A DNA stretch of 64,000 nucleotides from Dictyostelium discoideum (Eukaryota): contig CM000151.3 of NCBI GenBank assembly GCA_000004695.1, positions 3,296,001-3,360,000 on the forward strand. The letters are read 5' to 3'. Positions 1 to 11,761 of this stretch are shown one piece after another. Position 1 is the first letter of the stretch. Every line of letters starts with the position of its first letter. The position numbers and the translations under genes were made by a program. The notes below the pieces were generated by a model. That model saw only the letters and a program-made list of their open reading frames with translations, searched no databases and was not told the origin of the DNA.

Positions 1-1967
1 ATTTGATCATCTGATCTTGAAACGATTGTAAAATTATTATCTTGGTCTTTAAATGCCAAATCACCTGAAAAATAATAATAACCTTTTTCCATATTCAATA
101 AATTTGTTTTGAATAATTTTTTAAATTGTTCATTATTTTTATAAAAGGTTAATGCAAATCCAGGTGGTAAAGGTAATTTAAATACCAACTCTCCAATTTC
201 ATTTTTATTTAATGATTTTTTACCACTACTCGTACCACTATCACTACCACTACTACTACCACTACAAACACTATTACCACCACCAACATCACTATTATTA
301 TAACAAACTTCCTCTTCTTCTTCTTCAGAGAGTATGAATGATTTTAAAGAAGGAGTTGGCTGACCAATTACCATTATATTACCTCTACCACTACTACTAC
401 CACTACCACTACCACTACCACTACCACTACCACTACCACTACCACAACCACTACCACTACCACTACCACTACCACTACCACTACCACTACCACTACCACT
501 ACCACTACCACTACTGTTACTATTACTGCTAACATTGGATCTGTTTGATTTTTTAAAATCAAATAAATATATATTACCAGTTTCAGTTTGACCATATATA
601 TTTGAAGCAGATTTTTTTAATTTGTTTTCAATATAATTTGCAACTGATTTTTCAACTACATCAGCACCAACTAAAATTGTATTTAAACTTGATAAATTAT
701 AATTTGATAATATAAACTCTGCATTTGGGTCATCTTTAATTAAAAGTCTAATTGATTTAGGACCAATAAAAAATTTGTTTACCTTATGTTTTTCAATAAC
801 TTTCCAAAGTTGATACTTGATTTGATTTAATTCACAAATTCCACCTTCAAACATTATAAAAATATTCCCTGTTGATAATAATGAATATAGAAAACCATGA
901 AATGTTACCCAACCAATACTTGAATGTGAAAAGAATTTAATTAAATCTGAATTAGTATTATTATTATTAACTTCATCATTTAAAAACATACATCTACATG
1001 TATATTTAACACCAACTAAATGTGGACCATTACTTCTTACAACTGCTTTAGCGTTACCAGTTGTACCACTTGTATATAGAATATATAATGGATGACTTGA
1101 ATCTACTGGTATATAATCATAAAATGGTGATTGATTATTTTCTTTGAATTTTTTAATTTCATCATACCAACTTAATGTATTTGGTATCGTTGGTATTGTT
1201 TCAATTATTGTTTTTAAAGTTAAATTTGCATTATAATCACCATCATCTCTATTATGTATAATTATATGATTTGGTTTAAAATTTGATTGTTCAATTGCTT
1301 CTTTTAAATTTGGTGTAAATGTAATAATTTCATCATTTGAAATACCATAATTTGTTGTGATAATCAATTTTGGTGTAATTGTTTCAATTCGATCTATTAA
1401 ACTTTTAACTGAATAACCATCAAATAATGTACAATAAGTTGCACCAATACGAGCACATGATAACATTGCAATTGGTGCTTCAACTGTATTTGCCATATAA
1501 ATTATAACGTTATCATTTTTTGAAACATTTAAATTTAAAAGTGCTCTTGAAAATTCACATACTTTTTCATATAATTGATAGTATGTTAGTTTAATTGTTT
1601 TCTTTAAAAATGGACATTCATAAATTAATGCATCTTGATCTCTTTTTGCAGGATTTTTAATATGAATATCTAAAACGTTATAACATGTATTTAATTCACC
1701 ACCTTTAAACCAATCTGGATAAATTTCATCACCACTATAAACTTTATCATACATTCTATCCCTTTTTTTTTATTATTATTTAAAATTTTAAATTGTATGT
1801 GTTAAAAAATTATTTTATTTAAAAATACTTTTAAAAATTATAAAATTGTTACTGAATACAAACCAATGAACGAAATTCTTAGCAACTTCATCCCAAAATT
1901 CTATTGGTTGGTTATTTGAAAAGCTGAAGTCTTTGTCATAATTAAATGGTTCACTTAATCTATTCAT
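1..1967 (-). CDS. PrpE/ACSS3-like short-chain acyl-CoA synthetase paralog (A0), partial. Exon 1 is about 1874-1967 and exon 2 is 1-1761, truncated at the window edge inside the ...SRSDDQI motif.
   Basis: The reverse-strand translation gives MNRLSEPFNYDKDFSFSNNQPIEFWDEVAKNFVHW, then an intron (gtttgt...ag), then DRMYDKVYSG... Downstream are the AMP-binding motifs YGQTETG (rc near 545-600) and GYYYFSGDLAFKDQDNNFTIVSRSDDQ (rc of 1-80). Paralogy to the plus-strand copies at 8.7-19.9 kb is evident at the nucleotide level. Confidence 0.8.
338..540. repeat. (CCACTA)n hexamer microsatellite. It encodes a (Gly-Ser)n tract on the minus strand, inside the A0 synthetase CDS.
   Basis: About 30 direct copies of ccactaccacta are visible. 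Both ORF-track entries here (an HY-repeat on + and a poly-V on -) are out-of-frame readings of this repeat. Confidence 0.85.
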
Positions 1968-2419
1968 TTTTTTTTATTATTATTATTGTATTATTCAATT
2001 AAATGATGATATATTTGAATTCATTTTTTTTTTTTTTTTTTTTTTTTTAATAAAAGGTTTAAAGAAAAAAAAACAAAAAAAACAAATGAATTTATTATAT
2101 TATTTATATATTTTTAACATTGTTCTTTAATTTATTAATAAAATAATAAACTTCAAACAATTTTTTTTTTTTTTTTTAGTTATTTTTTATTTGGGCACCA
2201 AAAATAAAAATTTAGGTGTTTTTTGATGTTGAAACTTTTTTTTTAATAACTATTACCAACATAATATATTTTCGTCTTTAAAAAAAAAAAAAATCAGTTT
2301 TTTTTTTTTTTTTTTAATGACCTGTTTTTTGTCTTTTCGGAATTTGAGGTGTTTTTATTTTCAAATAAAAAAATGGCTTTTTAAAAAAAAATAATAAAAA
2401 AAAAAGTGAAAATAAAAAT

Positions 2420-2495
2420 AATAACCAGATTGGTCATTAACCCTTTTGTAATATTATTAGTGCAAACAAGATTCGGATGAAAAGCTTTTTTATTT
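2420..2495. repeat. Decayed partial duplicate of the 3' coding end of the 3D-domain gene, sitting in its 3' flank.
   Basis: 2445-2490 (aatattattagtgcaaacaagattcggatgaaaagcttt) is about 80% identical to 2600-2640 (aatatttttagtacaatcaaggtttggatttaaagcttt). The shared aaccagattg motif occurs at 2425 and at 2575. Confidence 0.5.
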
Positions 2496-2555
2496 TTTTT
2501 TTTTAATTTTTTTTGGAAGTTTGGATAAATTATTTAAAATTAAAATAAGAGGAAT

Positions 2556-3315
2556 TTATGGACCACCACAAGAACCAGATTGACAAACAGATTTACCTTT
2601 TGCAATATTTTTAGTACAATCAAGGTTTGGATTTAAAGCTTTGAAACGAGTTTCACTTAAAAGGAACATTGAAGCAGCAGATGAACAAGACATACTTGAT
2701 GGAATTTGACAAGTGTTACCACATTCATTACCTTGATCAACACAATTATCAGGTGTTTTTAAACATGCTCCAGTGGTGCCATTAAAGAAAGCGGTTGTAT
2801 CAACGGCATAGGTTGAAAGTGGATCAATGATAAATTGGGTTGATGAAAGTGTTAAAGCAACCTCACAATTGGTAGTACCAGAATGAATAGTACTTGGACC
2901 AATCCAAGCATCCATATGATATTTTCCATTACTGTCCCATTCATTTTCACATTCTTCACATGAATCTTCCATAATGAAATATTTCTTATAAGCTGCTACA
3001 TATACTTTCTTACCAGCTGATAACCATGCAGTTGATGCTGCAACTGTGATTGGATTAGCATATGTACCTAAACCACCTGCACTAGAATGTAATCCTGGAT
3101 ATGCAATTTCACCACTTGGTGGACAATTATCACCAGCAGCATAAAATGTTAATTCACCAGTAACTATACATATTTTAAAAAATAAAATAAAATAAATCTT
3201 AATATATTTTTTTTTTTTTTAATTTTACAAAATTAAAATTTTTACCTTTTTTTTCTGCTTGAGAAGAAATAAATAAAACTGATGCAAGGAATAATAATGA
3301 TTTGAGTAATTTCAT
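2556..3315 (-). CDS. Secreted 3D-domain / double-psi beta-barrel (MltA/YuiC-like) protein with a Cys-rich C-terminal tail. It has 2 exons, about 3246-3315 and 2556-3163.
   Basis: Exon 1 encodes the signal peptide MKLLKSLLFLASVLFISSQAEKK, ends at a GT donor, and the intron closes on ...atag. Exon 2 reads VTGELTFYAAGDNCPPSGEIAYPGLHSSAGG...ITVAASTAWLSAGKKVYVAAYKKYFIMEDSCEECENEWDSNGKYHMDAWIG. The T-x-Y ... VAxD ... GxxVYV ... EDxG ... xDxW layout resembles bacterial 3D domains. Six or more further Cys follow. Confidence 0.6.
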
Positions 3316-3588
3316 TTTTTTTATTTTAATAATTAAATGATTTTTGTTTATGATTTTTTTTTTCAAAAAAAGTCCAGTATTTATACTAAAAAAAAAAATA
3401 AAAAAAAAAACTTATTATCTTTTATTATTATTTTAATAATTTTATTGTAATCATTTTGTTAAAAAAAAAAAAAAAAAATTAATTGAACTAATATTATTCT
3501 TTTTAGACTTTTAACTATATAAATCAAAAGCTATAGATTTAAAAATCTTTTTTATCATTTTCTTATCTAAATTGTAACCTTTTAAAAT

Positions 3589-3623
<35 letters not shown>

Positions 3624-3939
3624 CACAAACAAGATTCTTTAATGTGAAATTAGTTATCGGGGGAGCTATTCCAAAAACAAAAATAAAAAATAAAAATAAA
3701 TAAAATAAAAAATAAACAAATGGTATTAAATTAATATCAATAATTTGGATTAAAATTGATTAGTTTTTTTTTTTGAAAAAAAAAAAATAAAATCTCGACT
3801 AAACCACAGTCCAAAAATTGGTTCAGTGAAATTGAATTAAAAAAAAAAAAGTGATGATAGAAATTCTGACTATTATTAGTGATTTTTAGAATATCCAATC
3901 AACCTCCTTTGTAGTTTTTTTTTTTTTTTTAAAAAATAA

Positions 3940-3955
3940 TAAAAATTATAATGAC

Positions 3956-4045
<90 letters not shown>
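3940..4045. repeat. (AAT)n / (ATA)n microsatellite, intergenic.
   Basis: A perfect trinucleotide run of about 100 bp. Confidence 0.9.
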
Positions 4046-4046
<1 letters not shown>

Positions 4047-4431
4047 TAAATCAGAGAATTAAACTAAAAATATTTATCAAATTGAGAAAAAATAAATTTC
4101 GTTTTTAAACTTTTTAAGGTTATTCGCATATAAAAAAAAGAGACCACAAGATATTTTTCACTTAATGATGAAAATTTTACATCCACCCTTATTTTTTTTT
4201 TAATTTTTTTTTTTTTTTAATTTTTTTTTTCTCGCTTTGAGTCAAAACCACTTATTTTTATTACAACTTTTTTTAATTTTTAATTTTTAATCAAGATCAC
4301 TTAATTAATCACTTTTTTTAAAGTTTTTTAATTTCTTATTATGTTTTTTTTTTTATTATTATCTCATTAAAAATAAAAAATAAAGATAAAAAAAAAAAAA
4401 TAAAAAAAAAAAAAATAAATAAAATAAATAA

Positions 4432-5293
4432 ATGTCATATTACAAAGATGAAATTTTAAACTCTTTAAATTTATCAGATTTTTGTTATGAAAAAGATGAT
4501 TCAACAATAATTAAAAAATTTAATGAAAATTTTGAAACTCATGATATTGAAAGAGTAATTAGAGGTGAGATTGAATGTAGTGGTCAAGTTTTTATAATTG
4601 GATATCGTGAAAAAGATATTAATAATAATAGTGAATTTAAAAGAAGGAATACCTATTATGTATCATTTAGAGGTACAGAATTTAATTTTAGTGATATTAC
4701 AACCGATTTAAATAGTATTAAAGAATTTAAAGAAAAACAAGGTACATATCATAAAGGATTTCTTAAAAGGACAATAGGATTTCCAATTCAAATTATAATT
4801 CAATGGTTAGAGAATGGTGATAATGTAATATTCTCAGGACATAGTTTAGGTGGATCAGTATCACAAATTTTAACAATATCTATAATTTTACAAATATCAA
4901 AAAATAAACTTGAAACCATTTTAAAAAATTCACAAATTCTATGTATTACATTTGGGTCACCATTAATTGGAAATACTGATTTATTAAAAACATTAGAAGA
5001 TAATCAAATTTTAAATTATAATATATTTCATTCAATTATTCATAGAAATGATCCAATACCAAAATTGCAAGGTTTAAATAATTTTGTTAATAATAATATG
5101 TTATCAATTGCAAAGAATACAATTTGTTGGTTATTTGAATTTGATAGAATTAAAATTGATGGAATTATAAATTCATTTTATCAAACATTATCAGAATCTT
5201 CAAAATCTAGTTTAAATTCAAAATTTAATTTTATGGCAGATTTAAATTCAGTAATTGGTTTATATCATATCATTCAACATGATTTATATATTG

Positions 5294-5376
<83 letters not shown>

Positions 5377-5880
5377 TATAGTTTTATAAAATCATTATGC
5401 CATAAAAATGATTTAAATGAATTAAATGAATTTTTTAAATTTAATCATGAAAATTTCTCAAAAATTCTATTTCATAAATTATCAACTTATAGAGATATTT
5501 TGATTTATGAATTAATAACATCAAAAGTATTAAAAAATTCAACAACAACAACAACAATAATATCAAATAAAGTAAAACCAATGGTAGATTTAATTCCTAT
5601 TATTAAAAGTGTTTCAATTAACAAAAGTAATAAAAAAAATGAATTGATTACAATTGTTGGTGAAAATTTATGTTTTATTTCTATAAATACATTGAAATTA
5701 ATTTATAGTGATGGAACAAAGGATATTTTATTGAAATCAATAATTCAAAAGAGTAATAATCAAATTGTTATTGACGCTACTGACATACCAACTGGCAATT
5801 TAAAATCACTTCAATTTAAATCAAATTTTAAATATAATAACACAAGTAGTAATAATGAAATTTATTTACAACAAATTTAA
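4432..5880 (+). CDS. Lipase class 3 (fungal-lipase-like alpha/beta hydrolase) protein with an internal poly-Asn tract.
   Basis: It is a 482-aa ORF whose GHSLGG nucleophile-elbow motif (VIFSGHSLGGSVSQ) sits in the appropriate N-terminal-half context. The (AAT)n at 5296-5385 encodes N30. Confidence 0.75.
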
Positions 5881-5908
5881 TTTTTTTTTTAGCTACTCAT
5901 AATTCTGG

Positions 5909-5945
<37 letters not shown>

Positions 5946-6299
5946 AAGTAATTGGGTACCGTGACCGACTGACAACAAGCACATCATAAACCTTACTTTT
6001 CGCCGCTTTAGTGCTGGAAATTTTATATCCGACCTGCCAACTTTTTAGATACTTTTTTTTTTTTTTCAAATGCACGAGTTTTTTGGGCATTAAGTTTTTT
6101 CGTCTTAGAGGGGTTGCCGGAAAAAAAAAAGTGAAAAAATACTTTTTTTTTTCCACCTTACCAAACCTAAAAATATTGGATAAAATAAACAAATTTTTGA
6201 AAAAAAAAAAAAAAAAAAAAATATTTGTTTATCTAATGCATTATAAAAATAATAATAATAATTATAATTATTATTTAAAAAAAAGGAGAAAGGTTAAAA

Positions 6300-6893
6300 A
6301 TGAAATTTTTTATTTTAATTTTTATTTGTTTAATGGTTACAACATATGTTTTTGGATTTAAATATACAAAAATTGAAGTCCATAATTTATATGATGACAA
6401 TTGTTCATTGCAACCCTATGAAATTGTTTATCAATTAAATGGATGGTGCGTAGATGGTAATACTAATATCGAATGTAACGAAGATGGAACAGTGATTACA
6501 CAAAATGTTTTTGGTACTAATAGTGGTTGTAAAGGTGCAAAAACAGGTAATATTACAAATGCCAGTGGTACATGTGCATTTGAGAATGTAGTTTATTCAT
6601 GTGTTGATGATTTCGAAATTCCTGAAAATACATTAGTCAGTGTAGTTACAAATGGTAAATGTGAAAATGATCCAAGTTGGAAAGATGATATTGGTTTAAT
6701 TGGTTATGAATACTTGAATCAATGTATTCAAAATTATAAAGGTGCTTTTGAATTAACTTGTAATTCTTCAATTCCATATAAAAATATTTACAATTCCACA
6801 AGTGTTTGTAATACTGTTCCAACTGGTTATGGATGGTTTAGTCCAAATGAATGTTCAAAAAATGATCCAACTTTTTACTATTGTAATGTTTAA
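6300..6893 (+). CDS. Secreted cysteine-rich protein of unknown family.
   Basis: It is 197 aa, with the N-terminal signal peptide MKFFILIFICLMVTTYVFG and many spaced Cys. Its GC content is above the intergenic background. Confidence 0.55.
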   Translation: MKFFILIFICLMVTTYVFGFKYTKIEVHNLYDDNCSLQPYEIVYQLNGWCVDGNTNIECNEDGTVITQNVFGTNSGCKGAKTGNITNASGTCAFENVVYSCVDDFEIPENTLVSVVTNGKCENDPSWKDDIGLIGYEYLNQCIQNYKGAFELTCNSSIPYKNIYNSTSVCNTVPTGYGWFSPNECSKNDPTFYYCNV

Positions 6894-6922
6894 AAATTTA
6901 AAACAAATTTTAAATAAATAAA

Positions 6923-6956
<34 letters not shown>

Positions 6957-7395
6957 TAGCGTTTTAAAACACCACTATTTTTATTTTTTATTTGCATTAA
7001 AATGAATTTAAATAAAAAAAAAAAAAATGAAAAATAAAAATAAAATTTGAAAAAACAGATAAAGATGAAGATATGGATAATTAATTTATTTTATTTTATT
7101 TTATTTATTTTTTTTTTCAAACCTAAAAATATTCCAAAACATTCTTTACGACTTTTTTTTAGGTCAAACGAATCCCGAAAAACAAAAGAAGAAAAAAATT
7201 AAAATAAAATCGAAAAATAATAAAATTAAAAATAAAATAAATTAAAATAAAAATAAAAAAAAAAAAAAAAATTAAAATAAAAACGTGCTAAAAAAAAAAA
7301 AAAAAAAACTAGTCTTTAAAGTTATTTATATATACAATCCTAGGTGACAACATTATTATAGGGATGAATTAATTACAACAAATAAATATTCAAAC

Positions 7396-8331
<936 letters not shown>

Positions 8332-8336
8332 TTAAA

Positions 8337-8450
8337 TTAATAATAATAATAATAATAAATAATAATAATAATAAATAATAATAATAATAAATAATAATAA
8401 TAAATAATAATAATAGTTAGTAATAATAAAATAAAAAAATTTAAATTATA
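8337..8450. repeat. (AAT)n microsatellite immediately 3' of the HPP gene. The same arrangement recurs at 10780-10900, 11270-11340 and 13770-13870.
   Basis: Direct trinucleotide runs start within a few nt of the stop codons. Confidence 0.9.
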
Positions 8451-8774
8451 TGTTATACACCCCCACAATTTGTAATTATCCTTATTTTTTAATTTATTTT
8501 TTATTTTATCTGATTGGTTCAAAATTTAAATAAAGATAATAATAATAAAAAAAAATTAAAAATAAATTAATTAATATTGTATATCGCAGTTAATAGTGGT
8601 TATAAATCTACACCAGATTTAATAATTGTTTTCCACCTTTTTTTTTTTTACTTTTATTATTTATTTTATTTTATTATTTAGTTATTATTTTTTTTAAACT
8701 TTTTTTATATAAAACTATTATTTGTTTTATTTTAATATCATTTTATTTAATAATACATATATTACCTTATAAAA

Positions 8775-10775
8775 ATGTATAAGTTTAATTATGAAAATGA
8801 TATTGATTTTGCAAATAACCAACCAATAGAATTTTGGGATGAAGTTGCAAAGGATTTAGTTCATTGGTAAGTTTTTTTTATTTTTCTAAATTGTCTTGAC
8901 AAAAAACTAATAATTTAAAAATAAAAGGGATAAAATGTATGAAAAAGTTTATAGTGATGATGAAATATATCCAGATTGGTTTAAAGGTGGTGAATTAAAT
9001 ACATGTTATAATGTTTTAGATATTCATATTAAAAATCCAGAAACAAGAGATCAAGATGCATTAATTTATGAATGTCCATATTTAAAGAAAACTGTAAAAT
9101 TAACTTATTATCAATTATATGAAAAAGTATGTGAATTTTCAAGAGTACTTTTAAATTTAAATATATCAAAAAATGATAATGTTTTAATTTATATGTCAAA
9201 TACATTAGAACCATTAATTGCAATGTTATCATGTGCTCGTATTGGTGCAACTCATTGTGTGTTATTCGATGGTTATTCAGTTAAAAGTTTAATAGATAGA
9301 ATTGAAACAATTACACCAAAATTAATAATTACAACAAATTATGGTATTTTTAATGATGAAATTATTAATTTCATACCAAATTTAAAAGAATCAATTGAAT
9401 TATCAACTTTTAAACCAAGTAATGTAATTACTTTATTTAGAAATGATATTACAAGCGAATCAGATTTAAAGAAAGTAAATGATATACCAACGATACCAAA
9501 TACATTAAGTTGGTATGATGAAATTAAAAAATTCAAAGAAAATAATCAATTACCATTTTATGAATATGTACCAGTAGAATCAAGTCATCCATTATATATA
9601 CTATATACAAGTGGTACAACTGGTAATTCTAAAGGGGCTGTTAGAAGTAATGGTCCACATTTAGTTGGTATTAAATATCAAACATTGATACAAAAGGGTA
9701 AAACAAAAGTAGTATTTTATCATACAAGTGTTGGGTGGATATCAATTCATAATGCTTTTAATGGTTTATTATCACTTGGATATACATTGGTTATGTTTGA
9801 AGGTGGGCTTACTAAAACAAAACATATGGAAGATGATATTTGGGAAGTTATTGAAAGAAATAAAGTAACTTGTGCATCCATAATGGCTAAAGCAATTAGA
9901 TACTTAATTAAAGTTGATCCTGAATGTAAAAATTTACATTCAAAGTATGATTTATCAAATTTAAAAGAAATAATAGTTGGTGGAGAACCAATTGAAGAAT
10001 CAATTCCAAATTATATTCAAGAGAAATTAAAAGTAAAGTCAATTCGTGTATACGGTCAAACTGAAACTGGAGCATGTTATTTTTATTGTTATGATTATAA
10101 AAATTTAAAAATTCCTATTAACACAAGTGGCTTTCCATTTTCATCTTTAAAAGCAATGATTTTTTCAGATGATGGCAAAGAATTAGGTGTTAATGAAATT
10201 GGAGAGCTTGTATTTAAATTACCATTACCACCAAGTTTTGCAACTACATTTTATAAAAATGATGAAAAGTTTAAACAATTATTTACAAAATTCCCAGGTT
10301 ACTATAACCCTGGTGATTTAGGATTTAAAGATGAAAATAATTGTTATGGTGTTGTTTCAAGATCAGATGATCAAATTAAAATCAGTGGTAATAAAGTTCA
10401 ATTAAATAAAATTGAAACATCAATTTTAAAACATCCATTAGTTTTAGAATGTTGTTCAATAGGTATTTATAATCCAGATTGTTATAATGTACCAATAGCT
10501 TTTTTAGTTTTAAAACAACAAGAAGATCAATCAATTCAACAAATTGATTTAAATAAATTACAATCTGAAATTAATATAATCATTTCAAAAGATATAGAAA
10601 ATTTTGCAATTTTAAGAAAAACTTTAATAGTTACACAAATACCGAAAACCAAAGCTGGTAAAATTCAAAGACAAATCATTTCTAAATATTTAAATGATAT
10701 AAATTATGAATTACCAGATAATGTTTGTGATGTTGAAATCTTTTATAAAATCAAGGATTTATATAATAATGTTAA

Positions 10776-10779
<4 letters not shown>
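8775..10779 (+). CDS. PrpE/ACSS3-like acyl-CoA synthetase paralog A1. Exon 1 is 8775-8866 and exon 2 is 8928-10779.
   Basis: Exon 1 reads MYKFNYENDIDFANNQPIEFWDEVAKDLVHW, joined through gtaagt...aaaag to GDKMYEKVYSDDEIYPDWF... The AMP-binding motifs are present: YTSGTTGNSKG, YGQTETG, GDLGFKDENNCYGVVSRSDDQIKISG and LPKTKAGKIQR. The match to E. coli PrpE includes LPLPP versus GPLPPG and the LPKTRSGK region. Confidence 0.85.
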
Positions 10780-10841
<62 letters not shown>

Positions 10842-10899
10842 GTAATAATAATAATAATAATAAAAATAAAATAATAATAATAATAATAAAATAATAATA

Positions 10900-11290
10900 A
10901 TAGGTTCATTTGCAGCATCTACTGTATTAATTTTTGGAGCACCAAATCACCATTAGCTCAACCAAGAAATTTAGTATTTCGACATATAGGTTCAATCATT
11001 AGAGTGCATTTGGTTTATACAAATGCTCAAACTGAAGTAGCACTCTTTAGCGGTCAGTTTAGCAATTGTCGGGATGCATTTCACAAAATCAATACATCCA
11101 CCCGGTGGTGCCACTGCCTTAATTTGTGTTATGAGTGCTGAACAATGCTGAAGAGGTTTTTATTATATATCCTTACCTGTGGCATCGGGTTCTTTAGGAA
11201 TGTTACTAACCTCATTAATTGTTAATAATTTTACAAGAAAGAGAAAGTATCTGTATTTTGGTGGTAATTAAATTAATAATAATAATAATA
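10900..11290 (+). pseudogene. Decayed duplicate of the 3' third of the HPP-family gene (copy of 7930-8340).
   Basis: It is collinear with GSFAASAVLIFGAPKSPLAQPRNLV...IHPPGGATALICVMS...FARKRKYPVFWW but carries indels and frameshifts, for example 'caccattagctcaacc' missing one nt, and a TGA in 'caatgctgaagagg'. The same (AAT)n and 3' flank follow it. Confidence 0.8.
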
Positions 11291-11479
11291 ATAAATAATA
11301 ATAATAATAATAAATAATAATAATAATAATAATAATAAAAATAAAAATAGCTAGTAATAATAAAATAAAAATATTTAAATTATATCTTATACACCCCAAT
11401 TTGTAATTCATCTTTATTTTTTTATTTTATCTTATTGGTTCAAAATTTAAATAAAGATAAGATACATAATAAAATTTTT

Positions 11480-11580
11480 TAAAAAATTAAATACATGTTA
11501 TAATGTTTTAGATATTCATATGAAAAATCCATTAAAAATAGATCAAGATGCATTAATTTATGAATGTCCGTATTAAAGTT
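11480..11580 (+). pseudogene. Short decayed fragment of the synthetase exon 2 (NTCYNVLDIHMKNPLKIDQDALIYECPY*).
   Basis: It is collinear with A1 8995-9085 and ends in TAA. Confidence 0.6.
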
Positions 11581-11761
11581 TTTTTTTTTCAATGTTTTTG
11601 AACCAATAGGATAATATTAATTATTACAAATATATGTAAAAAAAGGTTATAAATCCCATACCCAATTTGTTAATTGTTTTAAACTTTTTTTTTTTTATGT
11701 ACCATTATTTTTTTTTTTATTATTATTTTATTTTATTAATATCGTTTAATTTAATAAAAAA

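Noticed and set aside
338-595. ORF-track ORFs 338-532 (+, an HY-repeat) and 374-595 (-, poly-V).
   Set aside because: Both are alternate-frame readings of the (CCACTA)n repeat. The real frame on the minus strand is the Gly-Ser tract inside the A0 synthetase CDS.
5893-6361. ORFs 5893-6192 (-) and 6011-6361 (+).
   Set aside because: Their translations are dominated by poly-F/K from homopolymer runs and they have no start context. The region is better described as a non-coding GC island plus poly-A/T.
5940-7180. tRNA gene near the GC island, or near 7150 (ggtcaaacgaatccc resembles a B box).
   Set aside because: No A box or acceptor-stem pairing could be assembled by eye. The B-box match is imperfect (GGTCAAACGAATCCC against GGTTCGANTCC).
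8455-8470. DUSE-like CCCCCACAA upstream of synthetase A1.
   Set aside because: No GC-rich or structured candidate RNA lies ~60 nt downstream. The motif copy in the duplicated unit (11395) has already decayed, so it is probably fortuitous.
9029-9536. Antisense ORFs inside the synthetase genes (9029-9250, 9339-9536, 11982-12537, 14969-15238, 18874-19152).
   Set aside because: They are short, lie opposite well-supported conserved CDS, and recur only because the sense genes are paralogous.
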